From sequence record OM858838: 64,000 nt of DNA; one strand, written 5' to 3'. This DNA comes from Shigella phage B2. The position numbers were made by a program, and so were the translations under genes. Below are positions 49,879 to 57,634 of the stretch, piece after piece (the first letter of the stretch is position 1; every line of letters begins with the position of its first letter). Below the pieces are notes generated by a model. That model was not told where the DNA came from. It did not search any database and worked only from the letters and a program-made list of their open reading frames with translations.

Positions 49879-50121
49879 ATGAACGAAATCATTATACTCT
49901 CTTCTCTTGGTTTTATCTTTGGTTGGATTACATCAAGAGTTAACTACAAACGTAAGATTATTAGATGCATTAGTAACATTACCTTTGAATCTAACTCTTC
50001 TAACAAGGATTTCAAGAATGGTATAGACAGGGGAATAGAATCTACTAAAGACTACATAATCAGAGTACTTATCAACAACAAGTTAGATAAGGATTATAGT
50101 AAAAGATATAATAAAGACTAA
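49879..50121 (+). CDS. hypothetical small membrane protein
   Basis: 80 aa, N-terminal hydrophobic helix, very AT-rich. Confidence 0.3.
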   Translation: MNEIIILSSLGFIFGWITSRVNYKRKIIRCISNITFESNSSNKDFKNGIDRGIESTKDYIIRVLINNKLDKDYSKRYNKD

Positions 50122-50332
50122 CTAACTACTGTCAATATGTAATTTAATACAGTACTAACTAAGGAATACCAATGAAGTTACATGATATCTTATTCATAGT
50201 ACTAGCTATTGTACTGTTTGGATTAGCAGTATATCTAAGTAAATAATTATTATTTTTTAAAGGGTTAGAGAATTTTTAATAATTACTTACCAATGTAGTA
50301 TTACTGCACACAATCTTTTATTAATCCGAATA

Positions 50333-50343
50333 CCCCCCCCCCC
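50333..50343. repeat. C11 homopolymer tract
   Basis: atac-c(11)-atac in an AT-rich intergenic region. Confidence 0.9.
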
Positions 50344-50360
50344 ATACTTCACACATCCAT

Positions 50361-50373
50361 GAGTCTTCGACTC
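50361..50373 (+). promoter_or_regulatory. TTC-loop hairpin + GTGGAG (vRNAP-type promoter candidate)
   Basis: gagtc-ttc-gactc then ta-gtggag, ~45 nt upstream of 50419 ORF. Confidence 0.4.
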
Positions 50374-50418
50374 TAGTGGAGCAATGGTGCTCTACTTAAT
50401 CATGATTAGGAGTATGTT

Positions 50419-50760
50419 ATGAAACCTGTTAACTCTATCGGTATCTTCGGTGCTGTATCTTCCTCAACTGTATCTGCATTGAATGCAATTGAACGTGGTG
50501 CAGTAGCTGTAGCCAATACTGCCAACATGGCTGTAGCTGTTACTGAATGGGGCAATGATGAAATCGAGAACCTTCGTCATCACCGTGCTATCAAACGTGA
50601 GGTAGAGGGTGAAATCTTCCGTACTAAATATGTTATGGAAGCTGCTAAAGAAGTAGCAGAAGTACATGCAGAAGCAGAGAAATCCATGAAGGATGCATCA
50701 CCAGAGGTTAAAGCAGTGTTCGATGCACTGGTAGCCAAACATTTGGGTAACAAGAAATAA
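50419..50760 (+). CDS. hypothetical early protein
   Basis: 113-aa ORF with AGGAG RBS. Confidence 0.45.
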   Translation: MKPVNSIGIFGAVSSSTVSALNAIERGAVAVANTANMAVAVTEWGNDEIENLRHHRAIKREVEGEIFRTKYVMEAAKEVAEVHAEAEKSMKDASPEVKAVFDALVAKHLGNKK

Positions 50761-51173
50761 TCACTAAGGCTCAAGGATGAGCCAAGGAACAATTATGTTA
50801 ATCAACATTGAAATTATTATCCGTAAACTAAAGTGCAAAGCAATCTATCATCTGAATGTTATTGCTCTACATGCATACGCTAAAGGTCTACGTACCTCCG
50901 GTAATATTACATCAGTAGCTGTACGGTATGTACGTATCAAAACCATATCTTCATCACTGTAATCAATCTCTTACCTCTGGCTAATGCTGGAGGTCAAGAG
51001 CAAATCACACATTACACATATGATAGATAGTATGTATATATTACCAGTGTATAAACATACACCATGCTGTAACGCTCTAGGAAGCTCTACAAGAGGTTTT
51101 GAGAAGAGGTAATAGGGTAGGAGAGTTGATACTATTCTATCTCAATCTAGGTAGCATTGAGGACTTATATTGC

Positions 51174-51203
51174 ACTTACTTCGTAAGTATCTCACTTCGT
51201 GAG
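51174..51203 (+). promoter_or_regulatory. tandem pair of TTC-loop hairpins (promoter candidates)
   Basis: acttac-ttc-gtaagt and ctcac-ttc-gtgag, 3 nt apart. Confidence 0.4.
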
Positions 51204-51205
51204 TA

Positions 51206-51544
51206 ATGGGTAGAGCAAAAGAGAGAATTCACATGGCTATCATCCATTCAATCATTGGTTCTAATTCAGAACCATCAACAGTAGTAGTCAACAAGTATAA
51301 GGAACCATACGATGTATATATCGGTAGAGGTAGTCTATGGGGAAATCCTTATACAGTTCAAGAACATGGCAGAGAACTATGCATTGCAATGTATGAGCAA
51401 TACATACGTGCAAGACTACATCAAGAACCTGATTTATATCTTCAATTACTTGAGCTTAAAGGTAAGAAGCTAGGCTGCTTCTGTAAACCTAAACCATGTC
51501 ATGGTGATGTATTAGTTAGACTCATCCAAGAGTACTCAAACTAA
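51206..51544 (+). CDS. conserved-domain protein (YIGR...WGNP...CxC...CHGD motif), start uncertain
   Basis: DVYIGRGSLWGNPY...GKKLGCFCKPKPCHGDVL; true start may be the internal Met at 51233 because the hairpins abut 51206. Confidence 0.45.
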   Translation: MGRAKERIHMAIIHSIIGSNSEPSTVVVNKYKEPYDVYIGRGSLWGNPYTVQEHGRELCIAMYEQYIRARLHQEPDLYLQLLELKGKKLGCFCKPKPCHGDVLVRLIQEYSN

Positions 51545-51602
51545 TAATCTAATACCCTTCAATTCCAATAAACATACTATAGAGCACTTAGTTACTATCT
51601 AG

Positions 51603-51827
51603 GTGTTCAGGAGTGTATTTATGTCTATTAAATTAACTGTTGTTGCTAAACGTTATAACTCAGAGAAACTCATCAGAATACTTATGCCATGGGGTTCTAA
51701 CATCTCATATGGTAGACGTTGGCAAGTGTCATTTAGGGATGGTAGAGGTAGACACTATGACCATTCATTCGTAGCTAAACCAACTCGTAAACAGATTCGT
51801 AAACTCATCAAGGATATCAACAAATGA
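51603..51827 (+). CDS. hypothetical protein
   Basis: 74-aa ORF. Confidence 0.35.
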   Translation: MFRSVFMSIKLTVVAKRYNSEKLIRILMPWGSNISYGRRWQVSFRDGRGRHYDHSFVAKPTRKQIRKLIKDINK

Positions 51828-52114
51828 AACAGTACAAATTACTTGAAGGCTTTCACTCTATGCTTCCTCAAGAAGCTATCGTTCCATCTCAACCATCAGA
51901 CGTTCAGGAAGGTGATTACGTCAAGATTGGTGTAGAAACCAATGATGGTAAAGCAACAGAGAAGTTCTGGGCTGTTGTGTACTGCATTGACAGAGATAAC
52001 TGGAAGTATGGAGTACGTATCAATCAAGACCTCTGTCAAACTCAATTACATGGTCTTAGTGATGGTGATGAACTCATTGTTGAATTCAAACATATCGTAG
52101 CTGTTATTAAATAG
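51824..52114 (+). CDS. hypothetical protein
   Basis: 96-aa ORF. Confidence 0.4.
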   Translation: MKQYKLLEGFHSMLPQEAIVPSQPSDVQEGDYVKIGVETNDGKATEKFWAVVYCIDRDNWKYGVRINQDLCQTQLHGLSDGDELIVEFKHIVAVIK

Positions 52115-52200
52115 GAGCTATCAAATGGAATGGTGGTTAGCAGAGATTGTACCTAGCTTATTCGGAGCTATCGTAGGTGGTCTGGTTGTATATCTAGCTG

Positions 52201-52446
52201 TTGCTAAAGGAGAGGATGATGATGATGCGTAAGTCATTACATGTAGGTACTAAAACTGATGTTATTAAACGTCGCTCTAAACCAGTATTAGATGTGGAAT
52301 TTTTACATGTACGTATTAGTGAAACTTATAATGAATGTGGTCAGATGATTGCTGCTGGTGTTAATCCTTATGCTGCTGTTGTAGCTATGGATACCAAGCT
52401 CAGTCGTATTGTTACATTCAATCATCCTAATCTTCTGAACATGTAA
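52201..52446 (+). CDS. hypothetical protein
   Basis: 81-aa ORF. Confidence 0.3.
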   Translation: MLKERMMMMRKSLHVGTKTDVIKRRSKPVLDVEFLHVRISETYNECGQMIAAGVNPYAAVVAMDTKLSRIVTFNHPNLLNM

Positions 52447-52453
52447 TATCTTC

Positions 52454-52470
52454 ATCACCGTCTTCGACGG
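52454..52470 (+). promoter_or_regulatory. TTC-loop hairpin + GTGGAG (vRNAP-type promoter candidate)
   Basis: caccgtc-ttc-gacggtg followed immediately by gtggag. Confidence 0.45.
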
Positions 52471-52506
52471 TGGTGGAGTTCTCCCTTAAGTTCTCCTTCT
52501 CCTGTA

Positions 52507-52521
52507 AGAGCGACTTCGTCG
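52507..52521 (+). promoter_or_regulatory. TTC-loop hairpin + GGTGGA (vRNAP-type promoter candidate)
   Basis: agcgac-ttc-gtcgct followed by ggtggaa; ~45 nt upstream of 52565 ORF. Confidence 0.45.
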
Positions 52522-52564
52522 CTGGTGGAATAATCCAATTCAATTAACTATCGAGGTAATTATC

Positions 52565-52981
52565 ATGGCAGTATTAAACGGTTCTAACAACGCTTCTTCT
52601 ATCATCGGTGCTGCTCTGGGTGGTAAACCTGCTGCTGGTGCACAGCGTCCACAAGCTGAAGTATTTATCAACGTTGGTATCAACGTACAGATGCCTAACG
52701 AAGAAGGTGAGATGGTTGATACCTTCCTGTCTCTGCCTTTCGGCCTGCCGTTGGATACCATGAATGAACTGGTGATTCGTGGTAATAACCAGCAGTGGAA
52801 TGAGCAGGCTGCTGCTCGTAATGAGCTTCTGAAAGCTCTGGTCAAAATGGGTGAAGCTCTGGATGCTGGTACTGGTACAGAGATGCCTAAGCTCAGTGTT
52901 CAACTGTATCGCCGTAAGGCTCAGGAAGAACATCAGGCCAGCAACAACGCAATGGCTCAGATTCTGGCTGCATTGAGCTAA
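52565..52981 (+). CDS. early protein, host-like codon usage
   Basis: 138-aa ORF with ctg/cgt/ggt-rich codons, flanked by two hairpin promoter candidates and a strong terminator. Confidence 0.55.
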   Translation: MAVLNGSNNASSIIGAALGGKPAAGAQRPQAEVFINVGINVQMPNEEGEMVDTFLSLPFGLPLDTMNELVIRGNNQQWNEQAAARNELLKALVKMGEALDAGTGTEMPKLSVQLYRRKAQEEHQASNNAMAQILAALS

Positions 52982-52990
52982 TCGAATAAT

Positions 52991-53019
52991 GGGATACCTT
53001 CGGGTATCCCTTATTTTTT
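52991..53019 (+). terminator. rho-independent terminator
   Basis: gggatacc-cttc-gggtatccc then ttatttttt. Confidence 0.8.
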
Positions 53020-53028
53020 GGAGGGGAC

Positions 53029-53211
53029 ATGCGTGTATTAGCAGTGTTAATTCTGTTTCTAGTTATCTTCGGGAAACTAGTACTCAATGTTATCGAAGAA
53101 GATACAGTGCAATACCAGCATCAAATGAAATGCGTCAAAGAGAAGATTGCCAACGGGATTCCTCGTAGTGCAATCAAGTTAACTACTGATTCATGTGAGG
53201 TTATCAAATGA
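53029..53211 (+). CDS. small membrane protein
   Basis: 60 aa, N-terminal hydrophobic helix. Confidence 0.35.
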   Translation: MRVLAVLILFLVIFGKLVLNVIEEDTVQYQHQMKCVKEKIANGIPRSAIKLTTDSCEVIK

Positions 53212-53375
53212 ATTTATTCTTGTTGTTAGTGTTCATCGTGCTGCGCACGCTCATTGGGTTGTTCTGGTTTGTAGTGGAAATGGTATGGTTCCTGTTCTGC
53301 GTAATGATTGGAATCCTATCTTTACCCTATTACTTAGGTGTCATCATCAGAGCAGTAGCTAAGCCCTCGAAATGA
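53208..53375 (+). CDS. small membrane protein (55 aa)
   Basis: ATGA overlap with upstream stop; MNLFLLLVFIVLRTLIGLFWFVV...; below track cutoff. Confidence 0.35.
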   Translation: MNLFLLLVFIVLRTLIGLFWFVVEMVWFLFCVMIGILSLPYYLGVIIRAVAKPSK

Positions 53376-53405
53376 GGGCTATATTACGCTTAAGGTAGAT
53401 AGTCA

Positions 53406-53609
53406 ATGAATGGAGATTTGATAGATATATTAGAACTAATAGTTGTTCTCAAATTAGGTAATAGAAATAAAGTATGTAACCACATAATGATACATAGAAT
53501 GTGTAATGATATTCCATGTAGTGAATGCCTACTTAATACAAGTAAAGTATATATTTCTGACTATCCAATTCAAATCATTGAAATGAAAGGTAAGCTAAAT
53601 GAACAATGA
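53406..53609 (+). CDS. small four-Cys protein, paralog family member 1
   Basis: MNGDLIDIL... with C-x8-C-x4-C-x2-C. Confidence 0.5.
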   Translation: MNGDLIDILELIVVLKLGNRNKVCNHIMIHRMCNDIPCSECLLNTSKVYISDYPIQIIEMKGKLNEQ

Positions 53610-53811
53610 TTTATTCTTAATTCTTAGTTCTATTAAAGCTGCATTAGGTGAAGGTAGAGGTAAAAATACTTCTGCTGATTTTCTATGTAATGGTATTCAT
53701 GATACTGACCCTGAACAATGTCATTATGTTAATTGTATTGATTGTATAGTTGGATATAAAGATTCAACTAAATATGCACATCAGATAATCCAGACATGGA
53801 AAATATTATGA
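53599..53811 (+). CDS. small four-Cys protein, paralog 2
   Basis: MNNDLFLILSSIK..., C-x10-C-x4-C-x2-C, C-terminal YAHQIIQTW. Confidence 0.5.
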   Translation: MNNDLFLILSSIKAALGEGRGKNTSADFLCNGIHDTDPEQCHYVNCIDCIVGYKDSTKYAHQIIQTWKIL

Positions 53812-54017
53812 ATAAAGAACTTAAGTTAATTTTATTTACTTTAAAAATGAAAATTAAATTTGGTAATGGAACTGCCGAAAACTTATGTAGAAGTATGGTA
53901 ATAGATATTGATGGAGAATTAATTCCTCAATGTACTCAAATTTCTTGTTTTAATTGTCTATTTTATCAAGATTCTACTTATGCAGAAAAGGTAATACATG
54001 TCTGGCATCAACTCTGA
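53808..54017 (+). CDS. small four-Cys protein, paralog 3
   Basis: Start at ATGA overlap; MNKELKLILFTLK..., four Cys, YAEKVIHVW. Confidence 0.5.
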   Translation: MNKELKLILFTLKMKIKFGNGTAENLCRSMVIDIDGELIPQCTQISCFNCLFYQDSTYAEKVIHVWHQL

Positions 54018-54243
54018 ATTATTATTCATACTTCAAAGTATTAAAAACTCTATGGCAAAAGAAGAAGTACAAAATAAGAGAGGTATTCAATGGGGAGAAT
54101 CAGATAAATTGTGTACAGAACATTTATATAATGTATGTGGGGATAAAACATCTAAAAATATATGTGATGATTGCTTAATTGGATACAAAGATAATGTTGG
54201 ATATGCATCCAATATGATTATTGTAATTCAAAAGTTAATCTAA
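53998..54243 (+). CDS. small four-Cys protein, paralog 4
   Basis: ...NSELLFILQSIK..., C-x8-C-x8-C-x2-C, YASNMIIVIQ. Confidence 0.5.
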   Translation: MSGINSELLFILQSIKNSMAKEEVQNKRGIQWGESDKLCTEHLYNVCGDKTSKNICDDCLIGYKDNVGYASNMIIVIQKLI

Positions 54244-54316
54244 GGGCTATCAATATTGGTAGTCCAATATTAATGTCTCGTTAGATAGTTGTACTTCAAT
54301 CCAAGAGGATATCAAT

Positions 54317-54556
54317 ATGTCAAAGAAAACTAAGTCAGCTAAACCAGTAGAAGTTAAGTTAGGTAATGTTCCTGATTATACAGTGACTTATAGTCGTCAA
54401 GAACAGTTATGGGGAGTCCATATTAATGGTATCTCTGCATACATTCTCAAACGACCTATTGGTAAAAAGAATATGTATTACGTAGGTACTCGTTATTTCA
54501 AAACACTACGTGATGCAATCTTCAGTGTTGTATTGGGGAATTCACTTCCCTTCTAG
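54317..54556 (+). CDS. hypothetical basic protein (not of the Cys family)
   Basis: 79-aa ORF preceded by an AT-rich 8-bp hairpin at 54252-54271. Confidence 0.4.
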   Translation: MSKKTKSAKPVEVKLGNVPDYTVTYSRQEQLWGVHINGISAYILKRPIGKKNMYYVGTRYFKTLRDAIFSVVLGNSLPF

Positions 54557-54564
54557 GAGAAGTA

Positions 54565-54738
54565 ATGAACCAAGAGTTAATACTTATTCTCTCAGCCATT
54601 AGAGAAAATAAAGGAATATGTACTAAATATTCTGTTAAATGTCATGGAATAGATTGTGGAAACTGTATTCTAGCAGAAGTATATATACAAAACTTCTACA
54701 AAGATTATATAGTTAAAATGGGTGAGAGAATATTATGA
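54565..54738 (+). CDS. small four-Cys protein, paralog 5 (57 aa)
   Basis: MNQELILILSAIR..., C-x6-C-x4-C-x2-C; below track cutoff; stop overlaps next start. Confidence 0.45.
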   Translation: MNQELILILSAIRENKGICTKYSVKCHGIDCGNCILAEVYIQNFYKDYIVKMGERIL

Positions 54739-54965
54739 ATAGAGAATTACTAACAATAATAGAATCTCTATGTAAAAAGGTAGTATTTAAAAGCCATTCA
54801 GGGCTAGAGTTCATAGAAACTAAGCCTGAAATGTGTCGTATTATTTCATTAAGAGTTCCTCGTAGATGCGAAGGAACTAGTTGCTGTAATTGTTATTTCT
54901 CAAGGAGTAAACAATTACATGAAGTTTATACTTTATATTTAAAAAGACTTATTCAACGTATTTAG
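54735..54965 (+). CDS. small Cys-rich protein, paralog 6
   Basis: MNRELLTIIESL..., Cys cluster ending CCNC. Confidence 0.5.
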   Translation: MNRELLTIIESLCKKVVFKSHSGLEFIETKPEMCRIISLRVPRRCEGTSCCNCYFSRSKQLHEVYTLYLKRLIQRI

Positions 54966-54987
54966 TTTTCCTTGTCGCTTCGCTCCT

Positions 54988-55000
54988 CAGCCTTCGGCTG
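54988..55000 (+). promoter_or_regulatory. TTC-loop hairpin + GGTGAA (promoter candidate)
   Basis: cagcc-ttc-ggctg then ttctggtgaa, ~30 nt upstream of 55031 ORF. Confidence 0.35.
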
Positions 55001-55030
55001 TTCTGGTGAATTATAAACTTAGAGGTAAAT

Positions 55031-55534
55031 ATGTTAGAAGCTCGCGGTAATATGCTTGAAATGGAATGTGATGCGTTGTGCATTACTACCAATGGATTTG
55101 TTAAAAGCAATGGTGCATCAGTTATGGGTGCTGGTATTGCAAAGCAGATGCGAGTAACTATTCCTGGACTGGATAAAATTCTAGGTCAGAAGATTGCTCG
55201 TGAAGGTAACAATGTTCATTTCTTATTAAATTATAACAATATTGGAATTGTATCCTTCCCTGTTAAACCAATAACAGAAATTAGTAATGGTGAGAACTTT
55301 GTTAAACATAAGTTCTTCCCTGTAGGTACAACAGTTCCGGGATGGGCATGTAAAGCAAACATCGATTTGATTGTACGTTCATGCCAGCAACTGGTAGCAC
55401 TGGCTGACCAATATGGTTGGCAGAAAGTCTTATTACCAAGACCGGGATGTGGTGCTGGTGAGCTTAACTGGAGCCATGTGAAGAAGGTTATTGAACCTTT
55501 GTTAGATGACAGGTTTATCGTCTGCACCTATTGA
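55031..55534 (+). CDS. macro-domain-like protein (possible ADP-ribose binding/hydrolase)
   Basis: N-terminal DALCITTNGFVKSNGASVMGAGIA resembles the macro-domain Gly-rich block; 167 aa. Confidence 0.4.
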   Translation: MLEARGNMLEMECDALCITTNGFVKSNGASVMGAGIAKQMRVTIPGLDKILGQKIAREGNNVHFLLNYNNIGIVSFPVKPITEISNGENFVKHKFFPVGTTVPGWACKANIDLIVRSCQQLVALADQYGWQKVLLPRPGCGAGELNWSHVKKVIEPLLDDRFIVCTY

Positions 55535-55541
55535 GGTGAGT

Positions 55542-55745
55542 ATGGGTAACCAATTAATAGTAATATTTAAAGAATTACTTCACTCAGGAGTGAATCCTAC
55601 TTTATGTCATAACTATATTGGCACTGAATGTGTAGACATACCATCATGCGCAAATTGCCCTTTATCTAGTACTTCATTCGCAAAACATCCTGAAAGAAAT
55701 TTCCCTAATCAGTTATTTACTGTATTGGAGAAGTTGAATGGATAA
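55542..55745 (+). CDS. small four-Cys protein, paralog 7
   Basis: Start at ATG 55542 after GAGGTGAG; MGNQLIVIFKELL..., C-x8-C-x6-C-x2-C. Confidence 0.45.
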   Translation: MGNQLIVIFKELLHSGVNPTLCHNYIGTECVDIPSCANCPLSSTSFAKHPERNFPNQLFTVLEKLNG

Positions 55746-55968
55746 ATTAATTACCATTTTAAATGGAATATATAATTTACCTGAACGCAAAGACTACGCT
55801 CCAAAAGAGTACATATGTGATTTAATCATATGTCCTGATGTACTTTGCAGTAATTGTCCAATGGGCAACCCACATTATTTAAATCCTGACAAAGAATTAT
55901 TTGTCACTCAAATCCATAAAACATTGGAAGTCATGAACCATGAAACAAGAAACTCAACTCCTGATTGA
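55738..55968 (+). CDS. small four-Cys protein, paralog 8
   Basis: MDKLITILNGIY..., C-x4-C-x4-C-x2-C. Confidence 0.45.
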   Translation: MDKLITILNGIYNLPERKDYAPKEYICDLIICPDVLCSNCPMGNPHYLNPDKELFVTQIHKTLEVMNHETRNSTPD

Positions 55969-56863
55969 ATCTATGTTCAACCGTCACCAATCTCGTGACC
56001 TAATTAGAAATGAAATTAGAACTTCACCTGAAGTTATGGAGTTAGTTAGTGCTGCTGTAGATAAAGCACTGGAATGGGTAGAAGGTGATTACTTTGAAAG
56101 TAAGAACAAACGTCTGGCATTATTGGATACCAATATCCTAGAAGACTTCTACATTGATGTTGCTGGTTCATTGGCTCAATTTGGTAAGGCTAAGTATACC
56201 CAGATAGTAGGTATGGTATCTGGAATGATTTCTACTATGCCTCAGAAAGAGGCTATAAGGACTGCTGGAGAGCTTATCTCATTAGCAGCTATGGTAGACC
56301 TCATTGACCTGATTCCAGCCTCTATGAGCGTTACAGGCTCTATGGAACTGGTATCCCGTATACAGCTTGAACCAAAGACATTGGAACTGATTAACCAGTA
56401 TCAATATCTGCCTCCTATGCTTGTTCCCCCTGAACCAGTTAAATCAAATACTGGTAGTGGGTATCTGTCCATCAAATGGGATTCCCTGATTCTGAAGAAG
56501 AATCATCATGAGTTTGATATCTGTTTGGATAATATCAACAGATTTAACTCAGTAGCTTTCTCTCTGGATGACCGTGTAATCCGTAATATTAGGGATAACC
56601 GTAAACATCTGGATAGTGCTAAAGCTGATGAATCTGCTGATGAGTACAAAGCACGAGTTGATTCATTTCTGAAAATGGAAAAGGAATCTATGCGTGTATT
56701 TGCAATGCTCATCAATGAAGGGAACAGATTCTATCTGACTCACAAGTATGACAAACGAGGTCGTACTTACTGTCAGGGCTATCATGTCTCCTACCAAGGG
56801 AATACCTATCGTAAAGCTATTCTTGAATTAGCTGATAAAGAAATCGTACCCATTGAGGAATAA
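55940..56863 (+). CDS. RNA polymerase II small subunit candidate
   Basis: 307-aa ORF lying 770 bp upstream of the catalytic subunit gene, matching the two-gene RNAP II layout of N4-like phages; assignment is positional. Confidence 0.45.
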   Translation: MKQETQLLIESMFNRHQSRDLIRNEIRTSPEVMELVSAAVDKALEWVEGDYFESKNKRLALLDTNILEDFYIDVAGSLAQFGKAKYTQIVGMVSGMISTMPQKEAIRTAGELISLAAMVDLIDLIPASMSVTGSMELVSRIQLEPKTLELINQYQYLPPMLVPPEPVKSNTGSGYLSIKWDSLILKKNHHEFDICLDNINRFNSVAFSLDDRVIRNIRDNRKHLDSAKADESADEYKARVDSFLKMEKESMRVFAMLINEGNRFYLTHKYDKRGRTYCQGYHVSYQGNTYRKAILELADKEIVPIEE

Positions 56864-56865
56864 TC

Positions 56866-57006
56866 ATGTTTTGCATTATTACAGCAGCATATCTACGTCT
56901 TAAGAATAAGGTAGATGAAGATATAGTAATTGGTTCATGGCTTGCTGGTTTATTAGAGCTATGTCTTGAAGTACCAATGATTTTAACTTTAGCAGGTAAA
57001 CTTTAA
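56866..57006 (+). CDS. small hydrophobic ORF (46 aa)
   Basis: Tight coupling to flanking genes. Confidence 0.25.
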   Translation: MFCIITAAYLRLKNKVDEDIVIGSWLAGLLELCLEVPMILTLAGKL

Positions 57007-57242
57007 TGGCTGAATTATCCAAACCAGAACAACTCATTAAGATTACGCTATTACTGCGTGATATTCCTGATGAGTTAGAAAAACATTTCTGTAGTACTCA
57101 TCCTGCATGTGAAAAGTTTTGTGGTGCTGAGCATGACAAAACTAAATGTGCATTGTTCTATCTCTCTGAAGAAGAGATTAAGAAAACCATCTTTGGTCTA
57201 GATGCAGCAGGGAGGATGCTGGGAATCATTCCTGATGAATAA
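57006..57242 (+). CDS. small Cys-containing protein
   Basis: 78 aa with C-x5-C-x3-C-x7-C; possibly a divergent relative of the paralog family. Confidence 0.4.
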   Translation: MAELSKPEQLIKITLLLRDIPDELEKHFCSTHPACEKFCGAEHDKTKCALFYLSEEEIKKTIFGLDAAGRMLGIIPDE

Positions 57243-57417
57243 GGAATTAGTATTAATTCTTAGAGAATTGAAAAAAGCATCTGAAATACAAAACTCATGT
57301 TTTGGAACTAATTTCAGAGATTTTTCATGTACAAATGTTGATTGCCCTCAATGTATATTAAGTAACGTTAATAAATCTTTCAGATATTCAAGCCAAATTG
57401 TATTGGTGAATCTATGA
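57235..57417 (+). CDS. small four-Cys protein, paralog 9
   Basis: Start at internal ATG 57235; MNKELVLILRELKK..., C-x9-C-x4-C-x2-C. Confidence 0.45.
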   Translation: MNKELVLILRELKKASEIQNSCFGTNFRDFSCTNVDCPQCILSNVNKSFRYSSQIVLVNL

Positions 57418-57626
57418 ATGATGAATTGATTCTTATATTGGATTCATTCAGAAATTATTCAGTTAAAGATGGCTCATGTAGAGGAGATATATTCAATTTA
57501 ACAGGAACTTTTACACGTACACAGCAATGTGATGGCAAGTGTATTTCATGCCCATTAGTACAAATACGTGATAAAAAAATATATCCAGACCAAATCATTA
57601 TAACTTTCTCTCAACTAAATAAGTGA
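57414..57626 (+). CDS. small four-Cys protein, paralog 10
   Basis: MNDELILILDSFR..., C-x16-C-x3-C-x2-C, YPDQIIITFSQL. Confidence 0.5.
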   Translation: MNDELILILDSFRNYSVKDGSCRGDIFNLTGTFTRTQQCDGKCISCPLVQIRDKKIYPDQIIITFSQLNK

Positions 57627-57634
57627 GACTCAAG

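Noticed and set aside
54252-54271. AT-rich 8-bp hairpin aatattgg-tagt-ccaatatt as a promoter hairpin.
   Set aside because: Loop is 4 nt with no TTC/GGTGGA signature; more likely a weak terminator or RNA structure.
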